This document shows positions 8,958 to 18,524 of a DNA stretch of 64,000 bases, one piece after another. Within the stretch, counting starts at the first letter, position 1. Every line of letters starts with the position of its first letter. The notes below the pieces were generated by a model. The model did no database searches and was not told the DNA's origin. It worked only from the letters and a program-made list of their open reading frames with translations. The stretch comes from Collinsella sp. (GTDB lineage Bacteria; Actinomycetota; Coriobacteriia; Coriobacteriales; Coriobacteriaceae): NCBI GenBank assembly GCA_048245415.1, contig DBFBAP010000011.1:74532-138531 (forward strand), given 5' to 3'. The position numbers and the translations under genes are program-made.

Positions 8958-9605
8958 CTACGCGTTCTTTTTGCCCAGCTTAGCCTTAACCAGACCGACC
9001 ACGGTCGGGATGATCGACACGGCAACGATGCCGACGATCAGCAGCTCAAAGTGCTCCTGCACAAAGGGGATGCCGCCAAAGAAGTAGCCCAGCAGCGTAA
9101 AGAGCGTCGACCAGGTAATGCCGCCCAGCACGTTAAAGATAACGAAGTTACGCCAGTGCATGCCGCCCATGCCGGCGATAAAGGGCACAAAAGTGCGGAT
9201 AAACGGGAAGAAACGGCCCAGGAAAATAGCCAGGTGGCCCCACTTGTCTAAGAAGTCCTCGGACTTTTTAATGCGCTCGGGCGTCATGGCCTTGACCTTG
9301 CCCGAAGCGATGATCTTTTTGCCAAAGAAGTGACCGATCATAAAGTTGCACTGATCACCCAAGATGGCAGCCGCCCATGCGACGGCCAGCAGGGCCACGA
9401 TGTTAAAGCCACCGTTGTGGGCAAAGAAGCCCGAAGCAAACAGCAGTGAATCGCCAGGAAGGAACGGGAAGAACACCACGCCCGTCTCGATAAAGATGAT
9501 CAGGAACACGCAGCCGTAGGCCATAAGCGGGCCGGCGGCGATCCAGCTGGCGATCGCGGTGCGCGGATCCTTAAGCAGCTCGGCGATAAAATTGATGAAA
9601 CCCAT
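8958..9605 (-). CDS. DedA/SNARE-associated family membrane protein
   Basis: MGFINFIAELL...IFIETGVVFFPFLPGDSLLFASGFF... multi-pass membrane protein. Start at ATG 9605. Confidence 0.85.
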   Translation of the reverse strand: MGFINFIAELLKDPRTAIASWIAAGPLMAYGCVFLIIFIETGVVFFPFLPGDSLLFASGFFAHNGGFNIVALLAVAWAAAILGDQCNFMIGHFFGKKIIASGKVKAMTPERIKKSEDFLDKWGHLAIFLGRFFPFIRTFVPFIAGMGGMHWRNFVIFNVLGGITWSTLFTLLGYFFGGIPFVQEHFELLIVGIVAVSIIPTVVGLVKAKLGKKNA

Positions 9606-9828
9606 GAAGTAAAACCTCTCAGTTGTGGGCGCGGATACGTCCAAGTTGACCAGTATACGGTTGCGGTGCCCCCTCGTGCGCAACCCCACAAAAGCATGAC
9701 TCCATTACCAGCAAGTTTGCATAACTGACATCTGTAGCGCAATGGCGCCAAGATTGTCCTTCCTAATCCCTAGCAAATCGCTATACTTTATTGAATCGCA
9801 TTGCCATGGCGCTAAGGGAGGGCGGCCG

Positions 9829-10533
9829 GTGAGCTTTATCAATACCATTCGCGAGGATATCAAGACCGTCCAGGCGCAAGACCCCGCTGCACAAAACGGT
9901 CTGGTCATCTTCCTTTCCTATCCTGGCCTGCACGCCAAGTGGAACCACGTGCCCGAGCACTGGCTCTGGGAGCACGGTCATCGCTCGCTCGCCCGCGTGC
10001 TCTCGCAAATCACCCGCCACATCACCGGCGTCGAGATTCATCCCGCGGCACAGATCGGCAAGCATTTCTTTATCGACCATGCCATGGGCGTCGTCATCGG
10101 CGAGACCACCATTGTGGGCGACAACTGCGTGCTCTACCAGGGCGTTACGCTCGGCGGCACCGGCAACGAGACCGGCAAACGCCACCCAACGCTCGGCGAT
10201 AACGTCACCGTGGGCACGGGCGCCAAGGTGCTCGGCAACATCCGCATCGGCAACAACGTCAAGATCGGCGGCAACTCGGTCGTCGTCAAGGACGTGCCCG
10301 ACAACTGCACCGTCGTGGGCGTGCCGGGACGCATCATCAAGCGCAACGGCTGCCGCGTGTTCGAGGAGAGCTTCGACGCCAAGCAGCATCGCGAGTACAT
10401 GCCCGATGACGCTGCCGAGCAGAGTGCCCTCAACCGCCAAGGCATCACCGAGAACGCCCGCCGCGTCAAGGAACTCGAGCGAGAGGTGGCCGAGCTCAAG
10501 GCCCTCGTCGCCAAGCTCGTGGACGAACGCTAG
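9829..10533 (+). CDS. cysE: Serine O-acetyltransferase with C-terminal coiled-coil tail
   Basis: [43 protein letters not shown]...[35 protein letters not shown] hexapeptide repeats. A GTG at 9829 follows GGGAGGG. An ATG at 9742 is the alternative start. Confidence 0.85.
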   Translation: MSFINTIREDIKTVQAQDPAAQNGLVIFLSYPGLHAKWNHVPEHWLWEHGHRSLARVLSQITRHITGVEIHPAAQIGKHFFIDHAMGVVIGETTIVGDNCVLYQGVTLGGTGNETGKRHPTLGDNVTVGTGAKVLGNIRIGNNVKIGGNSVVVKDVPDNCTVVGVPGRIIKRNGCRVFEESFDAKQHREYMPDDAAEQSALNRQGITENARRVKELEREVAELKALVAKLVDER

Positions 10534-10571
10534 GAACGCAAGCGGCACAAAACGACATCGGCATCAACGCA

Positions 10572-10610
10572 AAGGCGCGCCAGGGAATTCATCCCCGGCG
10601 CGCCTTATTT
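10572..10610. terminator. Bidirectional terminator between cysE and the ABC operon
   Basis: AAGGCGCGCC (10572-10581) pairs with GGCGCGCCTT (10597-10606), followed by ATTT. Confidence 0.6.
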
Positions 10611-10614
10611 GTGA

Positions 10615-10643
10615 TGTGGCAAAGAGACTGTCCCTTTGTCACA
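10615..10643 (-). repeat. GGGACAG-loop hairpin abutting the ABC gene stop codon
   Basis: The stem is TGTGGCAAAG / CTTTGTCACA (9 of 10 pairs). On the minus strand the loop region reads AAAGGGACAGTCT. Confidence 0.6.
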
Positions 10644-12647
10644 TTATGCGAACTGGCTCAGATAGAGGTCGGCGTAGGCACCCTCGGCAGCCAGCAGCTC
10701 CTTATGCGTGCCCTGCTCGATAATGTTGCCGTGATCCATGACCAAGATCAGGTCGGCGTCCACGATCGTCGACAGGCGGTGCGCGATCACAAAGCTCGTG
10801 CGCCCGCGCATGAGCGCGTCCATGGCACGACCGATGGCAAGCTCGGTACGCGTATCCACGCTTGAGGTCGCCTCGTCCAGGATGAGAATCGCCGGGTTAT
10901 TGAGCAGCACGCGTGCGATGGTCAGCAGCTGACGCTGGCCCTGGCTGATGCTTTCGGCATCGTTGGCCACGCGCGTGTCGTAGCCCTGCGGCATGGTGCG
11001 CACAAAGAAGTCGACCTGCGCGGCGCGCGCAGCCGCCACGATCTCCTCACGCGTCGCCTCGGGACAGCCGTAGGCGATGTTTTCGGCAATCGTGCCATCG
11101 AACAGCCAGGCGTCCTGCAGCACCATGCCAAACTGCTGCCGTAGCTCGCCGCGGTCCATGCGGCTCGTATCCACGCCGTCGAGCGTAATACGCCCGCCGT
11201 CAATCTCGTAGAAGCGCATGAGCAGGTTGATGAGCGTCGTCTTGCCCGCGCCCGTGGTTCCCACCACGGCAATCTTCTGGCCCGGCTCGGCGGTAAACGA
11301 CACGTCGTGCATAAGCGGCTTGTCGGGCGAATAACCAAAGCGCACGTGCTCAAAGGAGACGCGACCCTCAACGCGACCCGGCAGCTTGGCGGCCTCGTCC
11401 GGCAGCGGATCGGCCTCCATCTCGGGCTCATCGAGCAGGTCGAACACGCGCTCCGCACTCGCCAACGCGCTCTGCAGCGAGTTGAAGGTAAACGACAGCT
11501 GCGTCATGGGTTCGGACGCCTCGTAGATAAACTGGAAGAACGCCTGGAACACGCCGACGGTCATGTGACCGGCAACCAGCATGCTGCAGCCCACCAGCGC
11601 GATCACGATCTGCGCCAAACGGCCGATAAAGCGCACCGCAGGGCCGACGGCATTGATCATAAAGTCGGCCTTGGCACTCACGCGTGCCAGCTCGCCCGAG
11701 GCCTGGTGCACCTCGGCAGAACTTTGGCGTTCGCGGTTAAACGCGCGGATCACCAGACGGCCCGAATAGCCTTCCTCGACCGCACTCGTAATCTTGGACA
11801 CCCACTCCTGGCGCTCGCCCGTCACATCGTGTGTGCGGCGCGAGACGACCTTCGTCACCAGCAGCGACAGTGCCGTAAAGAACAGAAAGACGAGCGTAAG
11901 CTGCACGCTGAACACGAACATCACGCTCACAGCACCAACAACCGTGCCGATCGACACGAGCAGCTGCAGCAATCCGCGCTGCATGCTCTCGGACATCTTG
12001 TCCAGGTCGTTGGTCGCGCGGCTGACGACCTCGCCGGGACGATGCGCGTCAAAATAGGCGAGCGGCAGACGGTTGAGCTTTTGCGCGATGCGGTTGCGCA
12101 GGCGCAGATTGAGACGCTCAGCGACGCTCGACATCAAAAAGCTCTGGAGCGCATAGAACGAGGCAGCGGCAGTCCAGATCATAAAGTAGACGAAAATGGT
12201 CTTGCCGCAGTTCTCCCAGGTGATGCTGAAAGTGGTGTCGTTGGCAAACGCCACCTGAATGTGGCCCCACAGCTCATCGATCACGCGGGCGCTATATGCC
12301 GGCGCGGCGGTGTTAAAGATGACATAGAACACAATGCTCGCGAACACGATATAGAAGCGCCAATGGTCGCCGGCAGCCTCACTCCACAGGCGGCGCACCG
12401 TCGCCCAGGTATCCCGAGGCGTCTCGTCCTCGTCTTCGTCGTCCACGTCGCGCATACGCTCTGCCTCGGCGCGGGCGCGCTCGTCCTCGGCACGTTCGTT
12501 TTCCTCGTAGAGCGCTTGGCGGCGAGCCTCGCGCTTGGCGGCGTCATCCAGCTCGGTCGACGCGGCAGCCGTTTCCTCGACCAGTCCCGCGGCAGCGGCG
12601 TCATCAACGCCGCCCTGCTTCTTGAGCTCCCCGGTCATGCTACTCAC
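10644..12647 (-). CDS. ABC exporter, fused permease/ATP-binding protein with acidic N-terminal extension
   Basis: Six-TM exporter domain, Walker A GTTGAGKTT, signature SQGQRQLL and Walker B ILILDEATS. The first roughly 85 residues are Ala/Glu/Asp/Arg-rich. Confidence 0.9.
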   Translation of the reverse strand: MSSMTGELKKQGGVDDAAAAGLVEETAAASTELDDAAKREARRQALYEENERAEDERARAEAERMRDVDDEDEDETPRDTWATVRRLWSEAAGDHWRFYIVFASIVFYVIFNTAAPAYSARVIDELWGHIQVAFANDTTFSITWENCGKTIFVYFMIWTAAASFYALQSFLMSSVAERLNLRLRNRIAQKLNRLPLAYFDAHRPGEVVSRATNDLDKMSESMQRGLLQLLVSIGTVVGAVSVMFVFSVQLTLVFLFFTALSLLVTKVVSRRTHDVTGERQEWVSKITSAVEEGYSGRLVIRAFNRERQSSAEVHQASGELARVSAKADFMINAVGPAVRFIGRLAQIVIALVGCSMLVAGHMTVGVFQAFFQFIYEASEPMTQLSFTFNSLQSALASAERVFDLLDEPEMEADPLPDEAAKLPGRVEGRVSFEHVRFGYSPDKPLMHDVSFTAEPGQKIAVVGTTGAGKTTLINLLMRFYEIDGGRITLDGVDTSRMDRGELRQQFGMVLQDAWLFDGTIAENIAYGCPEATREEIVAAARAAQVDFFVRTMPQGYDTRVANDAESISQGQRQLLTIARVLLNNPAILILDEATSSVDTRTELAIGRAMDALMRGRTSFVIAHRLSTIVDADLILVMDHGNIIEQGTHKELLAAEGAYADLYLSQFA

Positions 12648-14376
12648 CTCCCTTCATTTGCGATTCCGCGATGGCGCGGTACACCTCGCAGGTTTCCATA
12701 AGCTCGCCATGCGTGCCCAAGCCCACGACCTCGCCGTCCTTGAGCACAACGATCTGGTCGGCATGCAAAATAGTCGAGATGCGCTGCGCGATGATGAGCA
12801 CCGCGGCGTCGCGCGTCTCGTCCTGCAGCGCATGGCGCAGGGCCGCATCGGTCTTAAAGTCCAGGGCCGAAAAACTGTCATCGAAGATATATAGATCGGC
12901 ATGCTTCATGAGCGCGCGAGCAATGGCCAGGCGCTGGCGCTGGCCGCCTGAAAAGTTCGTGCCGCCCTGCGCCACCGGGGTATCGAGCCCCTGCGGCTGA
13001 TCGAGTACAAAGGTGCTCTGGGCAACCTCAAGCGCGTGAAGCATGTCGGTCTCGGTCGCGTCCTCGTTGCCAAAGCGCAGATTACTTGCCACGGTGCCCG
13101 AGAACAGCCACGCCTTCTGCGGCACATAGGCGATGTGTCCACGGATCTCATCTTGCGAAAGCTCGCGCAGATCGACACCGTCCAGGCGAATGGCGCCCTT
13201 GGTGGCATCGTGGAAGCGCAGCAAGAGCTTGGCCACCGTCGACTTGCCCGAACCCGTCGAGCCGACGATTGCGGTCGTCTGACCGCGACGACAGGCAAAG
13301 CTCAGGTCGCACAGGGTGTCCTCGTCGGCATCGTCAAAGCGAAACGACATGTGGTCGAACATGGCCACCGCATCGGCTTCGTCTTGGGGCTCGCGCGCCC
13401 CGTCATCCAGCGTGCGCTCGCCATCGACGATGCTCGGCTCAATCTCCAACACCTGCTGCGCACGGTTCAGGCATGCGGCGGCGCGTGGGAGCGTCAGAAT
13501 CACCATCTGCGCCGTCATCACAAAGAACAGGATCAGGATCGCGTACTCCAGCACGGCCGAGATGCTACCGATTTGCATGGCGTGGACGCCCACGCGGTTG
13601 CCGCCCACCCACAGCACCGCCACCTCGGCGATATTCATCAAAAAGAAGCTTGAGCTGTCGAGGCCCACAAACAGGTGGTTGACCTTGATGGCATTGGCCG
13701 CGTAATCGCTAAACACCTCGTCCAGGCGCTGCTCCTCGTGGCGCTCCTTGTTAAATGCGCGGATGACGCGCACGCCCACGATGTTCTCGCGCAGCACCAC
13801 GTTCATGCGGTCGATAAAGCTCTGCAGGCGCATAAAGATCGGCGCGGCGTTGGCAACGGTAAAGACCGCCGCCACCAGCACGATCGCAACCACCACGCCC
13901 AGCAGCGTACCCATGGCGGGATCGATGAACCAAGCAAAAATGATGCCTGCCACGGCCAAGAACGGCACCGGCAGCACCAGCTGAATCGTCTGAAGGACAG
14001 CTTGCTGAATCACGTTGATGTCGTTGAGCGAGCGCGTGATCATCGAACCCGTGCCAAAGCGCTCAAAGTCGCTGGCGGACAGCTCGAGCGACTTGTCGTA
14101 CACGGCATTGCGGATATCGCAGGCCACGTTGGCGGCCAGGCGCGCCGAAAGATAGCAGCCCAGCACCGTGCCGCCGCTGGCCATGCCGGTCGCGATAAGC
14201 ATGTACAGGCCGTTGCGTAAAATATAGTCGACATCACCCGTGGTAATACCGGTGTTGACCATGTTCGCCAGCATCGTGGGAACCAACAGCGTACCGACGT
14301 TATCTATCAGCACCGCAAACAGCGTCACCGCAATCAGACCGCGGTACGGCCTCATAAACCTCATTAAGAGTCGCAT
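12640..14376 (-). CDS. ABC exporter, fused permease/ATP-binding protein (partner of 10644..12647)
   Basis: Walker A GSTGSGKST, signature FSGGQRQRLAIARAL and Walker B LYIFDDSFSALD. An 8-nt overlap with the downstream gene suggests a heterodimeric pair. Confidence 0.9.
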   Translation of the reverse strand: MRLLMRFMRPYRGLIAVTLFAVLIDNVGTLLVPTMLANMVNTGITTGDVDYILRNGLYMLIATGMASGGTVLGCYLSARLAANVACDIRNAVYDKSLELSASDFERFGTGSMITRSLNDINVIQQAVLQTIQLVLPVPFLAVAGIIFAWFIDPAMGTLLGVVVAIVLVAAVFTVANAAPIFMRLQSFIDRMNVVLRENIVGVRVIRAFNKERHEEQRLDEVFSDYAANAIKVNHLFVGLDSSSFFLMNIAEVAVLWVGGNRVGVHAMQIGSISAVLEYAILILFFVMTAQMVILTLPRAAACLNRAQQVLEIEPSIVDGERTLDDGAREPQDEADAVAMFDHMSFRFDDADEDTLCDLSFACRRGQTTAIVGSTGSGKSTVAKLLLRFHDATKGAIRLDGVDLRELSQDEIRGHIAYVPQKAWLFSGTVASNLRFGNEDATETDMLHALEVAQSTFVLDQPQGLDTPVAQGGTNFSGGQRQRLAIARALMKHADLYIFDDSFSALDFKTDAALRHALQDETRDAAVLIIAQRISTILHADQIVVLKDGEVVGLGTHGELMETCEVYRAIAESQMKGGE

Positions 14377-14864
14377 GCGTCCCCCTCGCCCTTATCGTCA
14401 GTCTCGTTCTCGGCGGCCACTTGCCGTTTAAATGCCTCGCACTCTTCGTTAAGAACATGGGAGAACTTACCGACCAAGCGCATGATCTCGCACTGTTCCC
14501 ACGGCTCGAGCGCCTCGAATGCCTGTTGCTCGGCTTTTTGCGCCGGCAACGCGTAGCGCTTGGCAAACCGCACGCCTTCTTCGGTCAGTCGTACAACCTT
14601 GTTCTTACGACTGCCCTCGGCAAACTCCAACGTCGCAAGCCCTCGCGCCCTAAGCGTTTTAATCGCCGAATTGATGGTCTGTTTGCTGTAGAACCATTCA
14701 CTCGTCAGCCGACTCACGGCAACGCTTCCGCCCGCTGCACTCGTGTCGACGAGCATCCAGTAGGCGCAGTCCGAAAGGCCGCAGGCGCGCGAGAACTCCG
14801 AATAGATACGGTCAAGCCCATTGAGCAACCGATCGAAGTCGACCGGGCTAACCGCACTATTCAT
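14364..14864 (-). CDS. MarR-family transcriptional regulator, first gene of the marR-ABC-ABC operon
   Basis: Winged-helix block SRLTSEWFYSKQTINSAIKTLRARGLATLEFAEGSRKNKVVRLTEEG. It overlaps the next gene by 13 nt. Confidence 0.8.
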   Translation of the reverse strand: MNSAVSPVDFDRLLNGLDRIYSEFSRACGLSDCAYWMLVDTSAAGGSVAVSRLTSEWFYSKQTINSAIKTLRARGLATLEFAEGSRKNKVVRLTEEGVRFAKRYALPAQKAEQQAFEALEPWEQCEIMRLVGKFSHVLNEECEAFKRQVAAENETDDKGEGDACDS

Positions 14865-14926
14865 CTATCCCACCATTCAATTGTCCGATTTTTGACCAAT
14901 TATGTGTCTCTAGATTAGTCCGAGTT

Positions 14927-14940
14927 TTGACTATCGTCAA
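14927..14940. promoter_or_regulatory. Candidate MarR operator (near-palindrome TTGACTATCGTCAA)
   Basis: 6 of 7 symmetric pairs, 63-76 nt upstream of the marR start. Confidence 0.35.
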
Positions 14941-15045
14941 CAGGCTCTCCGCAAATGCGTGCATTTTTATGGCCTATCGGCAGAAAAAGACCGCCGGCGC
15001 GGGGGCGGCGCCAGCGGTCACGTGAAAATCGGGTTTTATTGCCTG

Positions 15046-15336
15046 TTAAGCGGCGACGGCCTCATAGACCGTAGCGCCCGAGAAGCTGTCATGCAGGCTC
15101 TTGCCGGCAATCCACGGCAGCTCGACGACCTCGCAGACCGTGTTGACCAACTCAGAACAGTCAGTAAAGTGGCCCTTGTCGTTGAGGGCCTCGCAATCCT
15201 GAACACGCCAATAGCCATCGGTGTGCGTGATGTAGTACTCGTGATCGTTGATCGACACGAAAGCGCGCGTCTTGGAACGCAGCAGCTTCAGAAATCCTTC
15301 GAAATCGGTCTCGACGACATCTCCAGCCTGGAACAT
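15046..15336 (-). CDS. Hypothetical small protein (96 aa)
   Basis: AGGAGGT precedes ATG 15336 (MFQAGDVVETDFEGFLKLL...). No family recognised. Confidence 0.55.
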   Translation of the reverse strand: MFQAGDVVETDFEGFLKLLRSKTRAFVSINDHEYYITHTDGYWRVQDCEALNDKGHFTDCSELVNTVCEVVELPWIAGKSLHDSFSGATVYEAVAA

Positions 15337-15630
15337 GATGTTACCTCCTGGCCCGGCGCCACCACGGCGCATTGATAAACGTTGGTACTCCTTTAGTAAA
15401 ACCTTTATCAGAGGTTATGCGTTCGTCATTTAGGCAAGTGGTAAAAAACCGCAGGGTAGACGGGATAAAACGTTTAACCATCCCATTTGTTTGTCACATT
15501 CTGAAGGTACTTTTATGCAAACCTACTTTCCCAATTGGAATCTATCCTTTTGGCCGGGCAATTGACCGTCTATCGTTTGAGCCCGACGGGTATGAACGGG
15601 GCATCTGCAACGCCACCGCAAGGAGACACC

Positions 15631-16152
15631 ATGGAGACTATCGAAGCACTCATTCACCGCCGCAGCTGCCGCAACTACAGCGATCGTCCCGTCGAGGCCG
15701 AAAAGCTTGCACGTATTATCGAAGCCGGCCAATATGCACCGAGCGGCATGGGCCGCCAGCCGGTGACGTTTGTCGCCGTCACCGACCCCGCGACCGTCGA
15801 GCGTCTCTCGCAGCTCAACGCGCAAGTCATGGGCAGCAACAGCGACCCCTTCTATGGTGCCAAGACCGTTGTGGTGGTGCTGGTTGACCGCAGCGTGCCC
15901 ACACATCTGGAAGACGGCTCGCTCGCCATGGGCAACCTGCTCAACGCTGCCTATGCGCTGGGCGTTGATTCGTGCTGGATTCATCGCGCCCACGAGGTTT
16001 TCGATTCGCCCGAGGGCCTGGAGCTACTGGCCAGTTGGGGTCTACCCGCCGACGGCAGCCTGCGCGGTGTCGGTCACTGCATTCTGGGCTATGCCGAGGA
16101 CACGCTGCCCGAGCCCAAACCCCGCCGCGACAACGTGGTCTACGTAAGGTAA
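15631..16152 (+). CDS. Nitroreductase-family protein
   Basis: METIEALIHRRSCRNYSDRPVEAEKLARIIEAGQYAPSGMGRQP... is a typical nitroreductase N-terminus. AAGGAG lies upstream of the start. Confidence 0.85.
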   Translation: METIEALIHRRSCRNYSDRPVEAEKLARIIEAGQYAPSGMGRQPVTFVAVTDPATVERLSQLNAQVMGSNSDPFYGAKTVVVVLVDRSVPTHLEDGSLAMGNLLNAAYALGVDSCWIHRAHEVFDSPEGLELLASWGLPADGSLRGVGHCILGYAEDTLPEPKPRRDNVVYVR

Positions 16153-16212
16153 TTAGTTCCGCCATTCTACCGAACGGCGGGCTCGTTGACGCTGCGCGGG
16201 CCGCATTCACGC

Positions 16213-16370
16213 CAATCTGACGTTCAATTTCGAGGGCGCGACCAGAAGGTCAGCGCCCTCTCATTTCACGTCACCTTGGCGCAAATGCGGCTCGCTCGCT
16301 TTTGGCGACTGACATCGAATGAGCCACTGTCTTGGGCAGCTAAAAAAGCCCCGTCCCAAATTAGCTGCCC
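16213..16370 (+). repeat. Composite repeat: terminator-containing module (16213-16300) plus conserved-loop hairpin (16334-16370)
   Basis: The first 70 nt match 31564-31633 at 60/70 by hand count. This stretch includes the hairpin GGGCGCGACC-AGAA-GGTCAGCGCCC flanked by TGACGT/ACGTCA. GGGCAGCTAA (16334-16343) pairs with TTAGCTGCCC (16361-16370). Confidence 0.75.
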
Positions 16371-16380
16371 CACTCGCAAC

Positions 16381-16956
16381 TTATCCCGCCGATGGAGTTA
16401 TTGCCGTTTCGCTCGTCTGATTCGCATCGACGTCGTCGCCTTGCTTGTCTTCGTCCTTTTGCACATCGGCGATGGTGGAGGCCGCCGCAACGATACCGCG
16501 CTGGGGCGCGACGCTCGTCTGGGCCTGAGCGCCCTCGACAACTTCTGTACCTACATGCGCGAGCTCGGGCGATTTAAACATTGCGTCCAAGTTGGCGCCA
16601 CCGCCGGCATATCCGAGCGCAGCGAGCGCGATGACGATCACTGCAACGGCGGCCACGATCGGCACGTAGCGATGCCAGCCGGCGGGATTGAGCCCGCTGC
16701 GGCGAGCCGCCCCGCGGCTGATGTAGCCGAGCGTTCCGTCGTGCTTGAGCTTTGAGCCCACCACGCGTTTGCGGCCCCACAGCGAGGACTCTGCCTGCAT
16801 TGCCAAGCGGGCGCTTGCCGAAGGATAGCCGTATTTAGTGCGCTTGAACGAGCCATCAAACCCCGAGGCGTGTTTGCCCCACGTCACCGATGTTGTGCGT
16901 CGGTTGACCGGCGCGGCACTCCGCCTTCTGCGGCTCGGTTTTGAAGTCTCAGCCAT
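16381..16956 (-). CDS. Hypothetical single-pass membrane protein
   Basis: Arg-rich N-terminus, one TM segment (YVPIVAAVAVIVIALAALGYAGG) and an acidic C-terminal tail. Start at ATG 16956. Confidence 0.6.
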   Translation of the reverse strand: MAETSKPSRRRRSAAPVNRRTTSVTWGKHASGFDGSFKRTKYGYPSASARLAMQAESSLWGRKRVVGSKLKHDGTLGYISRGAARRSGLNPAGWHRYVPIVAAVAVIVIALAALGYAGGGANLDAMFKSPELAHVGTEVVEGAQAQTSVAPQRGIVAAASTIADVQKDEDKQGDDVDANQTSETAITPSAG

Positions 16957-17040
16957 ATGCCCTCGCACGCCGTAACCAAATCGAAACAATAACGCTTTGG
17001 ACTGTAGCACACGCGTCGCGCGCGGTCACGGGCGCCTCGC

Positions 17041-18258
17041 TCAACGGTCATCGTCCTTCAGCAAGCGCCACAGCGTTGTACGGCTTATGCCCAGCACCTC
17101 CGCCGCACGGGTTCGGTTGCCGTGGAGATGGTCTACAACTAGATGCGCGATATCTCGCTCGGTATCGGCCAGCGGTCGCAGGATATACAGGTCACTTTCG
17201 AGCGTCGGGGCGCCAAAGGTTGCGGTCTTAATCACGTCCTCTTGGGCGAGCACTTCCTCCGCCACAGCGCGGTCCACCGTGCCCGTCCCCGCCAATATAT
17301 ACAGTCGTTCCGAGACCTCGCGGAGCTGCAGGTAATTGCGCGGCCAGCGGTAAGCATCGAGCGTCTTCGTCGCCGCGGCAGACAGCGTGGGTGCTGCTGT
17401 CTCAAATGCATCAGCGAGATATTCCAAATAGCGCGCAACCTTCGTCGACGCGGCTCCCTGCTCGGCGATTGCCGGCGCCACGCTCACCGCGCAGGCGAAG
17501 CGCTCGGTCACAAACGCGGCTTGATCACTTTCGCCGCCGCCCGGCATGTCATTCGCCGTCAGCACCACATGGCAGCGCGTCGCCAACGCGGTGTCGGTCA
17601 TCGTGGAGACCAGCTCGCGGAGGCGCTGGGGGCCAACCGCGTTCCAGCCCTCAATGCAAAGGGTCAGCCCCATTTGGAACAACGGCGATTCGACGCTTTT
17701 GAGTACATGGCGCCAACCGCGCTCGGTGAGCTCATCGAGCGCAACGGAAACAAAGGGCTGATCGGCAAAAGGACCGTCCAGATAGAGGCGCTTGGCGATC
17801 TCGACCTGACCCGCTCCCAGCTCGCCCTCGAGCATAAGAGGCACACCGCGCGCGTAACTCTCTGCAACCGGCGCAGCCACCGAGGCCGCCCCCTCAACGA
17901 TGCCGTACGCGCTCGATTCGTAGCGGGCCTCAACTTCGTCGGCGTTGAGCCACTCGATGCCCGCATGCGCCGCGGCACCGCGCACCTCGCGGACCACGAC
18001 GACCCAAAGCCCCCCGCCCTCTTTGTCGGTGGGGCGAACGGTCAGGCTCAGGCGCGCACCCGCACGCCCCATAACCAGACGCGCGCCGTCTCCTATACGG
18101 TCGAGGCGCTCAGCTACAAAAGCCGCCACATCCCGCTCAAGCGCCGCGTCATTCATGGTCGAGATCGCGACGTCCCCACGCGCATCGATTGCCAATGCCG
18201 AGGCCCCGGCAGCAGCCAGGGCCTCGGTCAAGATGTTCAGCTTGGCATCGCTATCCAT
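17041..18258 (-). CDS. Transcriptional regulator with Fis-type HTH and degenerate AAA+ (enhancer-binding-protein-like) core
   Basis: C-terminal RTRAAEVLGISRTTLWRLLK. The central region resembles sigma-54 activator domains (RWPRNYLQLRE versus WPGNVREL), but the Walker A position reads GELGAGQVE. Confidence 0.65.
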   Translation of the reverse strand: MDSDAKLNILTEALAAAGASALAIDARGDVAISTMNDAALERDVAAFVAERLDRIGDGARLVMGRAGARLSLTVRPTDKEGGGLWVVVVREVRGAAAHAGIEWLNADEVEARYESSAYGIVEGAASVAAPVAESYARGVPLMLEGELGAGQVEIAKRLYLDGPFADQPFVSVALDELTERGWRHVLKSVESPLFQMGLTLCIEGWNAVGPQRLRELVSTMTDTALATRCHVVLTANDMPGGGESDQAAFVTERFACAVSVAPAIAEQGAASTKVARYLEYLADAFETAAPTLSAAATKTLDAYRWPRNYLQLREVSERLYILAGTGTVDRAVAEEVLAQEDVIKTATFGAPTLESDLYILRPLADTERDIAHLVVDHLHGNRTRAAEVLGISRTTLWRLLKDDDR

Positions 18259-18524
18259 GATTTGCCCCTGTCCGCGGCGACATGCAGCCGCCGACGGTCG
18301 CACGACCGAGTGTTTCAAAATTGAACGATATTGCTCACCAAACACTATAGGGCAGAAAGCGCCGTCCTGCGAGTATAGGTGTTGCCCCGCATCGCCATCC
18401 TGGCGGGGCGATAAGAGCTCTTCGGGACTTATAAACCTGCGGACAAGCCATACCCGCAAGAGCTCCTATCGCTCCACCGTGAGAATGCGCTCACCAGCAA
18501 CCAGCACGCAAACAAGCTACTTCT

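Noticed and set aside
8669-9828. T-box or other riboswitch in the ilvE and cysE leaders
   Set aside because: Both leaders are long and GC-rich with local hairpins. I could not find a T-box sequence, specifier-loop features or any riboswitch core I recognise.
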